This document shows positions 40,632 through 54,231 of a DNA stretch of 64,000 nt, one piece after another; within the stretch, counting starts at the first letter, position 1; each line of letters opens with the position of its first letter. This DNA comes from an uncultured Actinomycetes bacterium. GTDB lineage: Bacteria > Actinomycetota > Acidimicrobiia > IMCC26256 > PALSA-555. The DNA is taken from assembly GCA_963714105.1 (NCBI GenBank), contig OY970233.1, positions 2,438,676-2,502,675 on the forward strand. The letters run 5' to 3'. The translations under genes and the position numbers were made by a program. Under the pieces are notes generated by a model. That model saw only the letters and a program-made list of their open reading frames with translations. It ran no database searches and was not told where the DNA came from.

Positions 40632-41777
40632 ATGACGAACCGCAACAGGCGCCGGGGGCGGTGGGGACTCGGCCTCACGCTGGCCGGGCTCGGCGCGCTG
40701 CTCGCCGCGTGCTCGCCGAACAACCGCCAGAACAGCGTCAACCCCCACGGCACCAACGCCACCAAGATCGACAACCTCATCCTCCCCATCTGGGGGATCG
40801 CGATCGTCATCGGACTGCTCGTCATCGGCGCGGTGGTCGTCTTCGCGGTCCGCTTCCGGGCCCGACCCGGCGAGACCGACCGGCCCAAGCAGATCCACGG
40901 CAGCCTCCCCCTCGAGATCGCCTGGACGATGATCCCCGCGGTGATCCTCGCGGTGATCGCCGTCCCGACCGTCAGCCTCATCTTCCAGACCGACGCCAGC
41001 CCGAGCAACGCGCTGCCCGTCACCGTCATCGGCAAACAGTGGTGGTGGCAGTTCGAGTACCCGGCCGCGAACGGCAAACCAACCGTCGTCACCGCCGACG
41101 AGCTGCGCATCCCGACCGGCCGCAACATCGACCTCACCCTCAAGGCCTGCGACCCGTCGCTGCCCTACGGCGTCAACGGCGGCCCCGGCTGCAACGTCAT
41201 CCACTCGTTCTGGGTCCCCGAGCTGGCCGGCAAACGCGACGCCGTCCCCGGCCAGGACAACCACCTCACCCTCCACACCGACACCGCCGGCACGTACCTC
41301 GGCCAGTGCGCCCAGTACTGCGGGCTCAGCCACGCCAACATGCGCTTCCGGGTCATCGCCCAGAGCCCCGCCGACTTCGACGCGTGGCTCGCCGGGCAGC
41401 GCGGCGGCCCCGCCGTGCCCCTCGCCGGCAACCCGGGCGGCGCGCTGTTCTCCCAGACCTTCGCGTGCACGAACTGCCACACCACCGCCAACTCGAGTCT
41501 CAGCACCTACGGCCCCAACCTCACCCACCTGGCCAGCCGGTCCACGTTCGCGAGCGGCTCGTTCGCGCTGACCAAAGCCAACCTCGTCCAATGGATCATG
41601 AACGCCCCCGGCCTGATCCCCATGCAGTCCAAGGACTGCCGCAAAGGCCCACCCGGAACGCCCGGCGTCACCTGCGTCGGGATGCCGTCGTTCACCCAGA
41701 ACACCCCGAAGGGCCAGCCGGTGATGACCACCGCGCAAGCCAACGAGATCGCCGACTACCTCCTGTCCCTGAAGTGA
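40632..41777 (+). CDS. ctaC: Cytochrome c oxidase subunit II with a fused C-terminal cytochrome c domain (caa3 type)
   Basis: Lipoprotein-like signal (LGALLAAC), CuA site HSFWVPEL...CAQYCGLSHANM and heme c motif CTNCH. Confidence 0.9.
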   Translation: MTNRNRRRGRWGLGLTLAGLGALLAACSPNNRQNSVNPHGTNATKIDNLILPIWGIAIVIGLLVIGAVVVFAVRFRARPGETDRPKQIHGSLPLEIAWTMIPAVILAVIAVPTVSLIFQTDASPSNALPVTVIGKQWWWQFEYPAANGKPTVVTADELRIPTGRNIDLTLKACDPSLPYGVNGGPGCNVIHSFWVPELAGKRDAVPGQDNHLTLHTDTAGTYLGQCAQYCGLSHANMRFRVIAQSPADFDAWLAGQRGGPAVPLAGNPGGALFSQTFACTNCHTTANSSLSTYGPNLTHLASRSTFASGSFALTKANLVQWIMNAPGLIPMQSKDCRKGPPGTPGVTCVGMPSFTQNTPKGQPVMTTAQANEIADYLLSLK

Positions 41778-41802
41778 TGCACGCGACCGAGGGAGACCTG
41801 CG

Positions 41803-43741
41803 ATGGCCACCGCCACCGACACGCTGACCCCCACACCGGTCCGCGCGCCGGTCATCCTCCGCCGCCCCAAGTCGACCACGCGGGTTCTGGTCGTGGTTCA
41901 GCACCGTGGACCACAAGAAGATCGGAATCATGTACGGCGTCACCGCCCTGATCTTCTTCTGCCTCGGCGGCATCGAAGCGCTCCTGATCCGCCTCCAGCT
42001 CGCGCAGCCCAACGGCACCGTCCTCACCGCGTCGCAGTACAACCAGCTGTTCACGATGCACGGCACCACGATGGTGTTCCTCCTCGGGATGCCGCTGTCC
42101 GTGGCGTTCGCGAACTACTTCGTCCCCCTCATGATCGGCGCCCGAGACGTCGCGTTCCCGCGGCTCAACGCCTTCGGCTACTGGGTGTTCATCCTCGGTG
42201 GGACGTTCCTGTACTCGAGCTTCCTGCTCGGCGGGGCCCCCAACGGCGGCTGGTTCGGCTACACGCCGCTGACCAGCACCCCCCTCGGGCTCGGCGCCCT
42301 CCCCGGCCGCGGCCCCGACTTCTGGACCGTCGGGCTGGTCATGCTCGGCATCGCCTCCACCACCTCGGCGATCAACATCATCGTCACCGCGCTCAACATG
42401 CGAGCCCCCGGCATGACCCTCATGCGCATGCCCGTGTTCGTGTGGATGATGCTCGTCACCGCGTTCCTCACCCTGTTCGCGATCCCGATCGTCACCGTCG
42501 CGTTGATCATGGTCTTCTTCGACCGCAACTTCGGCACGTCGTTCTTCTTACCCACCAAGGGCGGCGACCCGCTGCTGTACCAGCACCTCTTCTGGCTCTT
42601 CGGGCACCCCGAGGTGTACATCCTCATCCTTCCCGGCATGGGCATCGTCTCCGAGGTGCTGCCCGTCTTCTCCCGCAAGCCGCTGTTCGGCTACCCGGTC
42701 GTGGTGTTCTCCGGCATCGCCATCGGGTTCCTCGGCTGGGGGGTCTGGGCCCACCACATGTTCACCACCGGGCTCGGCCCCGTCGCGGTCTCCGCGTTCA
42801 GCCTCTCCACCATGCTGATCGCGATCCCGACCGGGGTGAAGATCTTCAACTGGCTGGCGACCGTCTACAAGGGATCAGTCCGTCTCACGACGGCCATGCT
42901 GTTCGCGCTCGGATTCATCGCGCAGTTCACCGTCGGTGGGCTCTCCGGCGTGAGCCTCTCGGTCGTCCCCGCCGACACCCAGTCCCACGACTCGTACTTC
43001 GTCGTCGCCCACTTCCACTACGTGCTCTTCGGTGGCCTGGTGTTCGGGCTCTTCGCCGGCTTGTACTACTGGTACCCGAAGGTGTTCGGCCGGATGCTCA
43101 ACGAGCGGCTCGGCCGGTGGAACTTCTGGACCATGGTCGTCGGCTTCAACCTCACGTTCTTCCCCATGCACCTGCTCGGCATCTACGGGATGCCCCGCCG
43201 CACCTACCGCTACGACCCCGGGCTCGGCTGGGACACCCTGAACCTCGTCGTCTCCATCGGCGGGTTCATCATCGCCGCGTCGGTGCTGCTCTTCATCGTC
43301 AACGCCGTCGTCTCCCGACGTCGCGGTGCACCCGCCGGGAACGACCCGTGGGACGGCCGCACCATCGAATGGTCGATCTCGTCACCGCCACCCGAGTACA
43401 ACTTCGCCGAGATCCCCGACATCGAAGCCCGCGACGACTTCTGGTACCACAAGTACACCGAGGACGACGAGGGCCGCCTCCTCGCGTTGCCGTCGGGAGG
43501 CTCCGACACCCCCGCGGTGACCCGACCGGCCGCCGACGCCGCACCCGCCCACAAGATCCACATGCCGTCCCCGTCCTTCTACCCGCTCGTCGTCGCGTTC
43601 GGGCTCATCCCCCTCGCCTACGCGGCGGTGTTCCACAGCTTCAGCTGGGCGTTCGCACTGCTCGCATTCGGAGCCGTCGTCCTCGCCTTCGGCGTGTACG
43701 CCTGGGCGATCGAACCCGCGACGGCCGAGGAGGCCCACTGA
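41803..43741 (+). CDS. ctaD: Cytochrome c oxidase subunit I (apparent frameshift near 41880)
   Basis: FWSWFSTVDHKKIGIMYG... and the following 12-TM heme-copper core run to 43741. The only upstream start (ATG 41803, MATATDTLTP...) is in another frame. Confidence 0.9.
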
Positions 43742-44391
43742 TGGCCACCATCGAACAGGCCCCCCCGCCGCCCCCGCCGCCCACGCCCGTCGGCCCCGGG
43801 CACGGCGACAGCGCCGCGCACCCACCCACCTCCACCGGCACGACCAACACGAAGCTGGCGATCTGGCTGTTCCTCTCCTCGGACTGCCTGTTCTTCGGCG
43901 CGTTCATCAGCGCCTACCTGCTGTACCGGGGCCGCCCCCAGAGCGGCCCGACCCCGAAGGACGTCTACAGCATCCCGTTCACGTCCGTGTCGTCGTTCGT
44001 GCTGCTCATGAGCAGCCTCACGATGGTCCTCGCCCTCGCCGCGATCCAACGCGGCGACCTGCGCCGCCTGCGGATCTGGTTGCTCGCCACCGCACTGCTC
44101 GGGTCGGTGTTCATCGGCGGGCAGATCTTCGAGTTCACCGAGTTCGCCCGCAAAGGCCTCTCGCTCGACACGAACCTGTTCAGCTCCACCTTCTTCGTCC
44201 TCACCGGCTTCCACGGCGCCCACGTCACCGTCGGGATCATCTGGCTGATCTCCCTGTGGGGTCTCGCCACCCAGGGTCGCCTCACCCAGGGTCACGCCGA
44301 GAAGATCGAGATCGCCGGGCTCTACTGGCACTTCGTCGACGTCGTGTGGATCGTGATCTTCACCCTCGTGTACCTGATCCCCACCAAGTAG
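43741..44391 (+). CDS. ctaE: Cytochrome c oxidase subunit III
   Basis: ...LFLSSDCLFFGAFISAY...FVLTGFHGAHVTVG...YWHFVDVVWI. The ATG overlaps the ctaD stop. Confidence 0.9.
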   Translation: MATIEQAPPPPPPPTPVGPGHGDSAAHPPTSTGTTNTKLAIWLFLSSDCLFFGAFISAYLLYRGRPQSGPTPKDVYSIPFTSVSSFVLLMSSLTMVLALAAIQRGDLRRLRIWLLATALLGSVFIGGQIFEFTEFARKGLSLDTNLFSSTFFVLTGFHGAHVTVGIIWLISLWGLATQGRLTQGHAEKIEIAGLYWHFVDVVWIVIFTLVYLIPTK

Positions 44392-44405
44392 GGGGAGGAG
44401 CCGCC

Positions 44406-44795
44406 GTGAGCGAGATCCAACTCCGAGAGGACGAAGAGGCGGTCGTCGAAGCCGTCGAGGGCCTCGCCGGCGGCGCGGTCGAACCCGCCCCCGGGCTGCT
44501 CCCCGGCGAGCTCCGACCCCACCCCTCGCCGCTGCGGTACGTCCTCATCGCCATCGTGCTGATGATCGTCACCGCCGCCGAGGTCAGCCTCTACTACCTC
44601 GAAGGCAGCATCCCCGACGCCGTCATCATCCCGCTGCTGCTCGTCTTCGCGGCGTTGAAGTTCGGCATCGTCGCCTCCTGGTACATGCACCTCCGCACCG
44701 ACCGTCCGATCTTCGCCCGCTTCTTCGTCCTCGGCATCACCGCCGCGGTCGTCCTCTACCTCATCGTCCTCTCCACCCTGGAGATCTTCGCCTGA
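44406..44795 (+). CDS. ctaF: Cytochrome c oxidase subunit IV (prokaryotic COX4 family)
   Basis: 129 aa. TM helices end in the family motif FAALKFGIVASWYMHLRTD. Confidence 0.7.
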   Translation: MSEIQLREDEEAVVEAVEGLAGGAVEPAPGLLPGELRPHPSPLRYVLIAIVLMIVTAAEVSLYYLEGSIPDAVIIPLLLVFAALKFGIVASWYMHLRTDRPIFARFFVLGITAAVVLYLIVLSTLEIFA

Positions 44796-44799
44796 GCCG

Positions 44800-45660
44800 G
44801 TGCTGATCACCGCCGCCGCCGCCCCCATCCCCGCCTGGCGGGCCGAACCGGGCACCTGGCTGCTCGTCGCCGCGTTCGCCGCCGGCTACGCCATCGCCAT
44901 CGTCCGGCTCGGCCCCCGCTTCACCGTCACCGGGCAACGCGCCGTCACCCGCCTGCAGGTCACCAGCTGGTGCTGCGGGCTGCTCGCCCTCTGGGTCGCG
45001 GCCGACTGGCCCATCCACGACATCGCCGAGCAGTCCACCTACAGCGTCCACATGGTCCAGCACCTCGTGCTCGCCATGGTCGCCACCCCGCTGCTGCTCC
45101 TCGGCACCCCCGCCTGGCTGCTCCGCTGGCTGCTCGGCCCCCCGAGCCGACGCTTCCAGGTCGTGCGCCGCCTCGCCCGGTTCCTCCCCGCCCTCATCAT
45201 CTTCAACGTCGTGCTCGTGCTCACCCACTGGCCCGCGGTCGTGGACGCCAGCCTCCATAACGGCGGCCTCCACTTCCTCGTCCACGCCATGATCTTCGTG
45301 ACGTCGTTCCTCGTCTGGCTCCCGGTGCTCAGCCCCCTCCCCGAGATCCCCCGCCTCGCGCCCATCTCCCGGATGGCCTTCCTCTTCTTACAGTCGATCG
45401 TGCCGACCGTCCCCGCCTCGTTCCTCACCTTCGGCTCGACCGTCCTGTACCACTACTACGCGCACCGGGCGAACATCTGGGGTCTCTCCAGCCTCCAGGA
45501 CCAGCAGGTCGCCGGCCTGATCATGAAGATCGGTGCCGGGATCCTGCTCTGGAGCCTCATCGCCGTAACCTTCTTCCGATGGGCAGCCGAAGAGGAGCGC
45601 CAGCAGCACCCGCGGCTGCGAGGAGCACGCGACGCCGAGCTCTCCAGCCTCGGGCGGTAA
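44800..45660 (+). CDS. ctaG: Cytochrome c oxidase assembly factor CtaG (Bacillus type, COG3336)
   Basis: A polytopic membrane protein with YSVHMVQHLVLAMVATPLLLLGTP. Confidence 0.8.
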   Translation: MLITAAAAPIPAWRAEPGTWLLVAAFAAGYAIAIVRLGPRFTVTGQRAVTRLQVTSWCCGLLALWVAADWPIHDIAEQSTYSVHMVQHLVLAMVATPLLLLGTPAWLLRWLLGPPSRRFQVVRRLARFLPALIIFNVVLVLTHWPAVVDASLHNGGLHFLVHAMIFVTSFLVWLPVLSPLPEIPRLAPISRMAFLFLQSIVPTVPASFLTFGSTVLYHYYAHRANIWGLSSLQDQQVAGLIMKIGAGILLWSLIAVTFFRWAAEEERQQHPRLRGARDAELSSLGR

Positions 45661-45673
45661 GGACCTAGGAGCC

Positions 45674-46370
45674 ATGGCCGACGACACGACCACCCTCGAA
45701 CCCGAAGCTCCCGCCGGCGGCGACGCCCGCGGCGCCGCTGGCGCTCGAAGCCGGACCGGACCCGGTCCGCGAGGCCCGCTGGACCCGACTGATCCTCCCG
45801 CTCGCGCTCCCCATCGGCGCCGCCTTCATGATCGCGGTCTTCGTCCTCAACGTGTCACGCGTCCTGCTCGCCTCCGGCTCGAACGGCGCGGTCGTCATGG
45901 GCATCGCCTTGACCGTCGTCATCCTCGGCGGCGCCGCCGCGATCTCCGCCGCGCCGCGGCTGCGGACCTCGTCGCTGGTCATGCTCGTCTCCGCCGGGTT
46001 CATCGTCGTCATCAGCGCCGGTCTCGTCGCCGCGCCGGCCAGCGTCGAGAAGTCGACGAGCGCCGCCGGCAACGGGCTCGTCAACCCCGCCGGCCCCGCG
46101 AAGTCGACCCTTGAAGTCCAGGCGCTCCCCACCCTGAAGTTCAACGCCACCCAGTTCACCGTCCCCGCCGGCATCGTCGACATCCACTACGTCAGCGAGG
46201 GCGGGAGCCACACCCTCGCGATCGACGACCCGAAGTACACGAGCTTCCTGCTGCAGGTCCCGCCCGCCGCGAACGGCAAGGTGCTGCTGAAGCCGGGCAC
46301 CTACCAGATCTACTGCACCATCCCCGGCCACCGCGCCGCGGGGATGCAAGCCACCGTCACCGTCCAGTAA
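45674..46370 (+). CDS. Membrane-anchored type-1 (blue) copper protein, auracyanin/rusticyanin-like (apparent N-terminal frameshift)
   Basis: Two TM spans are followed by a cupredoxin domain with ligands ..GGSHTL.. and C-x4-H-x4-M (YCTIPGHRAAGM). ATG 45674 is in a different frame from the body, whose first in-frame start is 45828. Confidence 0.7.
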
Positions 46371-47290
46371 CCGGCGCGCCCGGCGGGACCAGCACCCGCA
46401 CCGCCCCCGGGACCACCTCCACCCGGGCCGGGAGCAGCACCGACCCGCTCGCCGCTCGCCCACACCTCCAACCGGGTTCCCGCGTCGAGGACCCCGACGT
46501 CCACGACCCGGCCCCGCGCCGTGCGCACCCCGGACACCGCGGTGTGCGTCCCGCGGAACACCCGCGGGAACCTCCGCAGGAACTCGAACCGGCTCACGTC
46601 ACCGATCACGCACACGTCGAGCAGCCCGTCGTCGACCTCCGCGCCCGGGGTGATCATCATCCCGCCCGCGTAGTAGCGGCCGTTCCCGATCGCGGCGAGC
46701 CACGCCGGCCCCTCCAGCACCGTGCCGTCCACTACGAGCCGCAACGGGACCGGCCGGTAGGTGCGCAGCGTCCGCAGCGTCGCCAGCACGTACAACGGCG
46801 TGCCCGACGCCCACCGCACCCCGTTCGCCCACCGGTTCGCCTCCGAATCGAAGCCGGTGTTGGCCACCGTCGTGAACCACGCCGACCCGCCATCCGCAGC
46901 GTGGACCCGACCCAGGTCGCACACCCCGAGTCGACCCGTCTCCAGCAGCCCGAGCGCATCGATCGGCCGCCGCGGATCGATCCCCAGGTGACGGGCGAAG
47001 TCGTTCCCCGACCCGGTCGGGACCACCGCGATCGCGCCGCCGTGATCCGCCGCGATCCCCGCTACCGCCGCGACCGTCCCGTCACCCCCGCAGACGACCA
47101 CCCCCTCATCCGCCGCGCAGGCCTCGACCGCCGCCGCCGCGGTCCCCGCCGCGGTCCCTGGCGTCACGACCGGCACACCACGAGCCGAGCACGCCGCCTC
47201 GAGCTGCGCTCGGAGGCGCGTCGTGCGGCCGCGGCCCGCGGCGGGATTCACGAGCGCCGTCCAGCGCATCGCCGGCATCGTACCGGCCAC
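46357..47290 (-). CDS. Diacylglycerol/lipid kinase family protein (apparent C-terminal frameshift near 46440)
   Basis: VVCGGDGTV and VPTGSGNDFAR motifs. The expected C-terminus (..LPARVEVVPGAVRVLVPPG..) is in another frame and ends at 46357. Confidence 0.8.
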
Positions 47291-47322
47291 CCCCCACGGG
47301 TCGGGCAGTAGCGTGCGCGTGC

Positions 47323-48048
47323 GTGGAAGGCATCGACCGCAGCCGGGTGCCGGCCCACGTCGCCATCGTGATGGACGGCAACGGCCGCTGGGCCCGCCGC
47401 CGAGGGCTCAAACGCACCGACGGGCACGCCGCCGGCGAAGAGGCCCTCTTCGACACCGTCGAAGGCGGCCTCGACCTCGGGCTCTCCTGGCTCACCGTCT
47501 TCGCGTTCTCCACCGAGAACTGGCGTCGCCCCCTCGACGAGGTCCGGTTCCTCATGCGCTTCAACGAATCGCTGCTGCTCCGCCGCCGCGACGACCTCAA
47601 CGAACGCGGCGTCCGCGTCCGCTTCATCGGCCGGCGCGGCGGACGGGTCCCCCAGCGGGTCCGCCGCCACATCGCCGACACCGAAGCCCTCACCGCCCAC
47701 AACCGGCGCATGACCCTCACGTTCGCGTTCAACTACGGCGGCCGAGCCGAGCTCGTCGACGCGACCCGGGCCATCGCCGACGACGTCCGCGCCGGCCGCC
47801 TCGATCCCAGCCGGATCAACGACCGGGTCCTCGCCCGGCACCTCTACGCGCCCGACATGCCCGACCCCGACGTTCTCGTCCGGACCTCCGGCGAGTACCG
47901 GATCTCCAACTTCCTGCTCTGGCAGCTCGCCTACGCTGAGCTCGTGTTCACCGACGTTCTCTGGCCCGACTTCCGCCGCGAGGACCTCTTCGCCGCCGTC
48001 CGCGAGTACCAGAGCCGCAGCCGCCGTTTCGGCACCGTCGGCGAATGA
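47323..48048 (+). CDS. uppS: Isoprenyl transferase (undecaprenyl diphosphate synthase type)
   Basis: HVAIVMDGNGRWA...FAFSTENWRRP...SGEYRISNFLLWQ. Confidence 0.9.
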   Translation: MEGIDRSRVPAHVAIVMDGNGRWARRRGLKRTDGHAAGEEALFDTVEGGLDLGLSWLTVFAFSTENWRRPLDEVRFLMRFNESLLLRRRDDLNERGVRVRFIGRRGGRVPQRVRRHIADTEALTAHNRRMTLTFAFNYGGRAELVDATRAIADDVRAGRLDPSRINDRVLARHLYAPDMPDPDVLVRTSGEYRISNFLLWQLAYAELVFTDVLWPDFRREDLFAAVREYQSRSRRFGTVGE

Positions 48049-48080
48049 CGACCGGAACTACCCGCATGTAGTTCGCTCGG

Positions 48081-48086
48081 TACACT
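48081..48086 (+). promoter_or_regulatory. Candidate -10 box (TACACT) for leaderless recO
   Basis: TACACT lies 6 nt upstream of GTG 48093. The context GTACACT-N6-GTG nearly matches the one at proA. Confidence 0.35.
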
Positions 48087-48092
48087 CGCCGC

Positions 48093-48812
48093 GTGAGCCT
48101 CTACCGGGACCAGGGCGTCGTGCTGCGCACCATCAAGCTCGGAGAAGCCGACCGGATCGTCACGATCCTCGGCCAGGCCCACGGCAAGATCCGCGGCGTC
48201 GCCAAAGGGGTCCGCAAGACCGCCAGCCGCTTCGGCGCCCGCCTCGAGCCCACCACCCACCTCGCCTTCCAGGCCTACCGGGGCCGAGAGCTCGACATCA
48301 TCACCCAGGTCGAGACCCTCGACGCGCACCGCGCCCTCCGCGAGCACTACGGCTGCCTCACCCACGCGGTCTCCATGCTCGAAGCCGTCGACCAGGTCGC
48401 CCAGGAACGCGAACCCAACCACGCCCTCTACCGGATGCTCGTCGGGGCGCTCCGCACCCTCACCGAACGTCCCTCCCCGGTGGTCAGCACCGCGTTCTTC
48501 TGGAAGCTGCTCGCCCTCGAAGGCTTCCAACCCCTCCTCGACAGCTGCGCCCGCTGCGGCACCGCCACCGGCCCCTTCACCGGGTTCGACCTCGCCGAAG
48601 GCGGCGTGCTCTGCGAGACCTGCTCGAAGCAGGGCGGCCGTCCCGTCGACCCTGCCACCATCGCCGCGCTCCACGACATCCTCGACGGCCGGGTCAACCG
48701 GCTCCTCGGCGACCCGCCACCCCTCACCGTGCTCACCGAGCTCGAACGGCTCGCGATCCACGCGCTCGAATACCACTCCGAACGGCGGCTCCGCAGCGCC
48801 GCGCTCCTCTGA
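48093..48812 (+). CDS. recO: DNA repair protein RecO
   Basis: MSLYRDQGVVLRTIKLGEADRIVTILG... with the zinc motif CARCG...CETC. Confidence 0.9.
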   Translation: MSLYRDQGVVLRTIKLGEADRIVTILGQAHGKIRGVAKGVRKTASRFGARLEPTTHLAFQAYRGRELDIITQVETLDAHRALREHYGCLTHAVSMLEAVDQVAQEREPNHALYRMLVGALRTLTERPSPVVSTAFFWKLLALEGFQPLLDSCARCGTATGPFTGFDLAEGGVLCETCSKQGGRPVDPATIAALHDILDGRVNRLLGDPPPLTVLTELERLAIHALEYHSERRLRSAALL

Positions 48813-48893
48813 CCCACCCCGACCCGCGGCACAGGCCCGCCCGGAACCGATCGCCGGTCCCGAACACGACCCGGGTACGATCGCACGTTCACT

Positions 48894-50204
48894 ATGGCCA
48901 AACCCGACCTGATGGAGCGCGTCGTCAACCTGTGCAAACGTCGCGGGTTCGTCTTCCCCTCCAGTGAGATCTACGGCGGGTTCCGCTCCACCTGGGACTA
49001 CGGGCCCCTCGGGGTCCTCCTCAAACGCAACGTCAAAGACGCGTGGTGGCGCACCATGGTCCAGCTGCGCGACGACATCGTCGGGCTCGACGCCGCCATC
49101 CTCATGGCCCCCCGAGTGTGGGAGGCCAGCGGACACGTCGCCACCTTCACCGACCCGCTCGTCGACTGCCGGAACTGCCACCAGCGCTTCCGCCTCGATC
49201 ACCTCCCCGCCTCCGGCGCGTGCCCCCACTGCGGCGCCAAAGACGGGTTCACCGAAGCCCGCGACTTCAACCTCATGTTCAAAACCCACGTCGGACCGGT
49301 CGAAGAGGAAGGCGCGCTCGCCTACCTCCGCCCCGAGACCGCACAGGGCATCTTCGTCAACTTCGCCAACGTCCAGACCACCACCCGCAAGAAGCCCCCG
49401 TTCGGGATCGCCCAGATCGGCAAGTCGTTCCGCAACGAGATCACCCCCGGCAACTTCGTCTACCGGACCCGCGAGTTCGAGCAGATGGAGATGGAGTACT
49501 TCGTCCCCCCCGAAGACGCCGAGCGCTGGTTCGAGTACTGGTGCGACCAGCGGCTCCACTGGTACCGCGAATACGGGATCGACGAGACCAAGCTGCGGCT
49601 CCGACCCCACGACCCCGAAGAGCTGTCCCACTACTCGAGTGCCACCGCCGACGTGGAGTTCGACTTCCCGTGGGGCTGGGGTGAGCTCGAAGGCGTCGCG
49701 AACCGGGGCGACTACGACCTGCGCGCCCACATGGAGCACTCCGGCCAGGACCTCTCCTTCTTCGACCAGGAACACGACCGCCGCTACGTCCCCAACATCG
49801 TCGAACCCGCCGCGGGCGCCGACCGGGCCACCCTCGCGTTCCTCCTCGCCGCCTACGCGGAAGAGGAGGTCCAGGGGGAGAAGCGCAGCGTCTTGCACCT
49901 CGACCCCCGCCTCGCGCCGATCACCGTCGGCGTCTTGCCCCTGTCCCGCCACGAGCGGCTCGTGCCCGTCGCCGAGGAGCTCGCGGCGACGCTCCGGCCC
50001 CACCTCATGGTGGACGTCGATTCCGCGGGTTCGATCGGCCGCCGCTACCGTCGTCAAGACGAGGTGGGCACCCCCTGGTGCGTCACCGTCGACTTCGAGA
50101 CCCTCGACGACAAGGCCGTGACCGTGCGGGACCGTGACACGATGCACCAAGACCGGGTGCCGATCGACGGGCTGCTCGGCTACCTCCGAGAACGGCGGCC
50201 ATGA
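48894..50204 (+). CDS. glyQS: Glycine--tRNA ligase (homodimeric type)
   Basis: [16 protein letters not shown]...WDYGPLG..., class II motifs, 436 aa. Confidence 0.95.
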   Translation: MAKPDLMERVVNLCKRRGFVFPSSEIYGGFRSTWDYGPLGVLLKRNVKDAWWRTMVQLRDDIVGLDAAILMAPRVWEASGHVATFTDPLVDCRNCHQRFRLDHLPASGACPHCGAKDGFTEARDFNLMFKTHVGPVEEEGALAYLRPETAQGIFVNFANVQTTTRKKPPFGIAQIGKSFRNEITPGNFVYRTREFEQMEMEYFVPPEDAERWFEYWCDQRLHWYREYGIDETKLRLRPHDPEELSHYSSATADVEFDFPWGWGELEGVANRGDYDLRAHMEHSGQDLSFFDQEHDRRYVPNIVEPAAGADRATLAFLLAAYAEEEVQGEKRSVLHLDPRLAPITVGVLPLSRHERLVPVAEELAATLRPHLMVDVDSAGSIGRRYRRQDEVGTPWCVTVDFETLDDKAVTVRDRDTMHQDRVPIDGLLGYLRERRP

Positions 50205-51046
50205 GCACGGACCTGACCCACTACGACCTCCTCGGCGTCGACGTCGACGCCCCGAAAGAAGACATCCGCGCCGCGTACCAGGACAAGCTCGCCAACGTGC
50301 GCGCCGCCCGAGCCAAAGAAGAGGAGACCAAGCGGCCCTCCGAGGACGTGCTCCGCGCCGCCCGCGACGAGGAAGCCCGACTCCGCTCCGCGTGGCAGGT
50401 GCTGAGCGACCCCGTCCAACGCGAGCGCTACGACCAGAACGTCGGTGTCGAGCACCACGACGCCGAGGACGAAGCGGACGAGGACCCCGATACCGAAACC
50501 GACACCGACGAGGACGAGGCCGGCACCGAGCTGGAGACGACCAGACCACGACGCCCCGAGCGGCCCCAGTCGCTCGTCACCGCCGAAGGGCTCGAGATCC
50601 CCGCGACCGGACGGCGGGTCACCGCCGCGGCGATCGACGCCATCACGATGGTCGCGATCTGGTCCGCGATCGTCTACCCGGTGACCCTCGGTGGGAACCT
50701 GACCACCGGGTTCCCCGCCTTCATCACCGAGGTCGGGACGATGGAGTTCCTCATCCTCGTCTACCTCATGGTCCCCACTTGGCGGACCGGTCAGACCCTC
50801 GGGAAGCGCTACACGTACACGATGGTCGTCGACCGGGCCACCGGCGAGCTCCCCGACCTCGCCCAGGTCGTCCGCCGCTACATCATCCCCGCCTTCGCGT
50901 TCGCCCTCCTCGTCACCACCGGCGCCGTCATCGCGCTGATCTTCGCGTTGTCGTTCCTCATGAACAAAGACCAGGTCTCCCTCGCCGACCGGTTCGCCAA
51001 GACCGCGGTCGTCATCGCCCGCTACCGGCCGGAGCGCCGAGCCTGA
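50201..51046 (+). CDS. J-domain-like N-terminus fused to an RDD-family membrane domain
   Basis: [24 protein letters not shown]...[14 protein letters not shown] has no HPD tripeptide. An acidic linker and an RDD domain follow ([11 protein letters not shown]...GQTLGKRY...LADRFAKT). The ATGA overlaps the glyQS stop. Confidence 0.7.
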   Translation: MSTDLTHYDLLGVDVDAPKEDIRAAYQDKLANVRAARAKEEETKRPSEDVLRAARDEEARLRSAWQVLSDPVQRERYDQNVGVEHHDAEDEADEDPDTETDTDEDEAGTELETTRPRRPERPQSLVTAEGLEIPATGRRVTAAAIDAITMVAIWSAIVYPVTLGGNLTTGFPAFITEVGTMEFLILVYLMVPTWRTGQTLGKRYTYTMVVDRATGELPDLAQVVRRYIIPAFAFALLVTTGAVIALIFALSFLMNKDQVSLADRFAKTAVVIARYRPERRA

Positions 51047-51114
51047 AACCCCCACCCGGTGCCGCGAGTCGGCATCGGTAGGCTCAGTTCGAAGCCAGCC
51101 CCGAGGAGGCTCCG

Positions 51115-53747
<2,633 letters not shown>

Positions 53748-53751
<4 letters not shown>

Positions 53752-54191
53752 GCGGCCCCGCGCTCGACGCGTGGGACATCACCGAGTTCCTCGACGAGAT
53801 CTGGCCCGGCGTCACCTCTACCCTCACCATCGAGGAGGTCACCGACCGCGGCGCCCGCGTCCGGATGTCCGCCTCGCCCGACCGGCTCCGCCCCGGCGGG
53901 ATCGTCAGCGGCCCCGCGCTCATGTCCCTCGCCGACACCGCGGTCTGGGCTGCCGTCCTCGGCGTCGTCGGCCGGGTCGCGATGACCGTCACCGCCGACC
54001 TGACCATCCACTTCCTCCGCCCTGCACCCCCCGCCGACGTCATCGGCGTCGCCCGACTCCACAAGATCGGCCGGCGCCTCGCCGTCGGTGACGTCCTCCT
54101 CTACAGCGACGGTGACCCCGAACCGGTCGCGAACGCCACGGTCACCTACGCCATCCCCGCCGACACCACCACCGGCCCGTCCCCACGGTGA
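53748..54191 (+). CDS. PaaI-family hotdog-fold thioesterase
   Basis: ...RPGGIVSGPALMSLADTAVWAAVL...LHKIGRRLAVGDV... The GTGA overlaps the ppdK stop. Confidence 0.7.
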
Positions 54192-54231
54192 CGTGACCGT
54201 TCCCGTCACAGGCGGCCGGTACCCTCGACCC

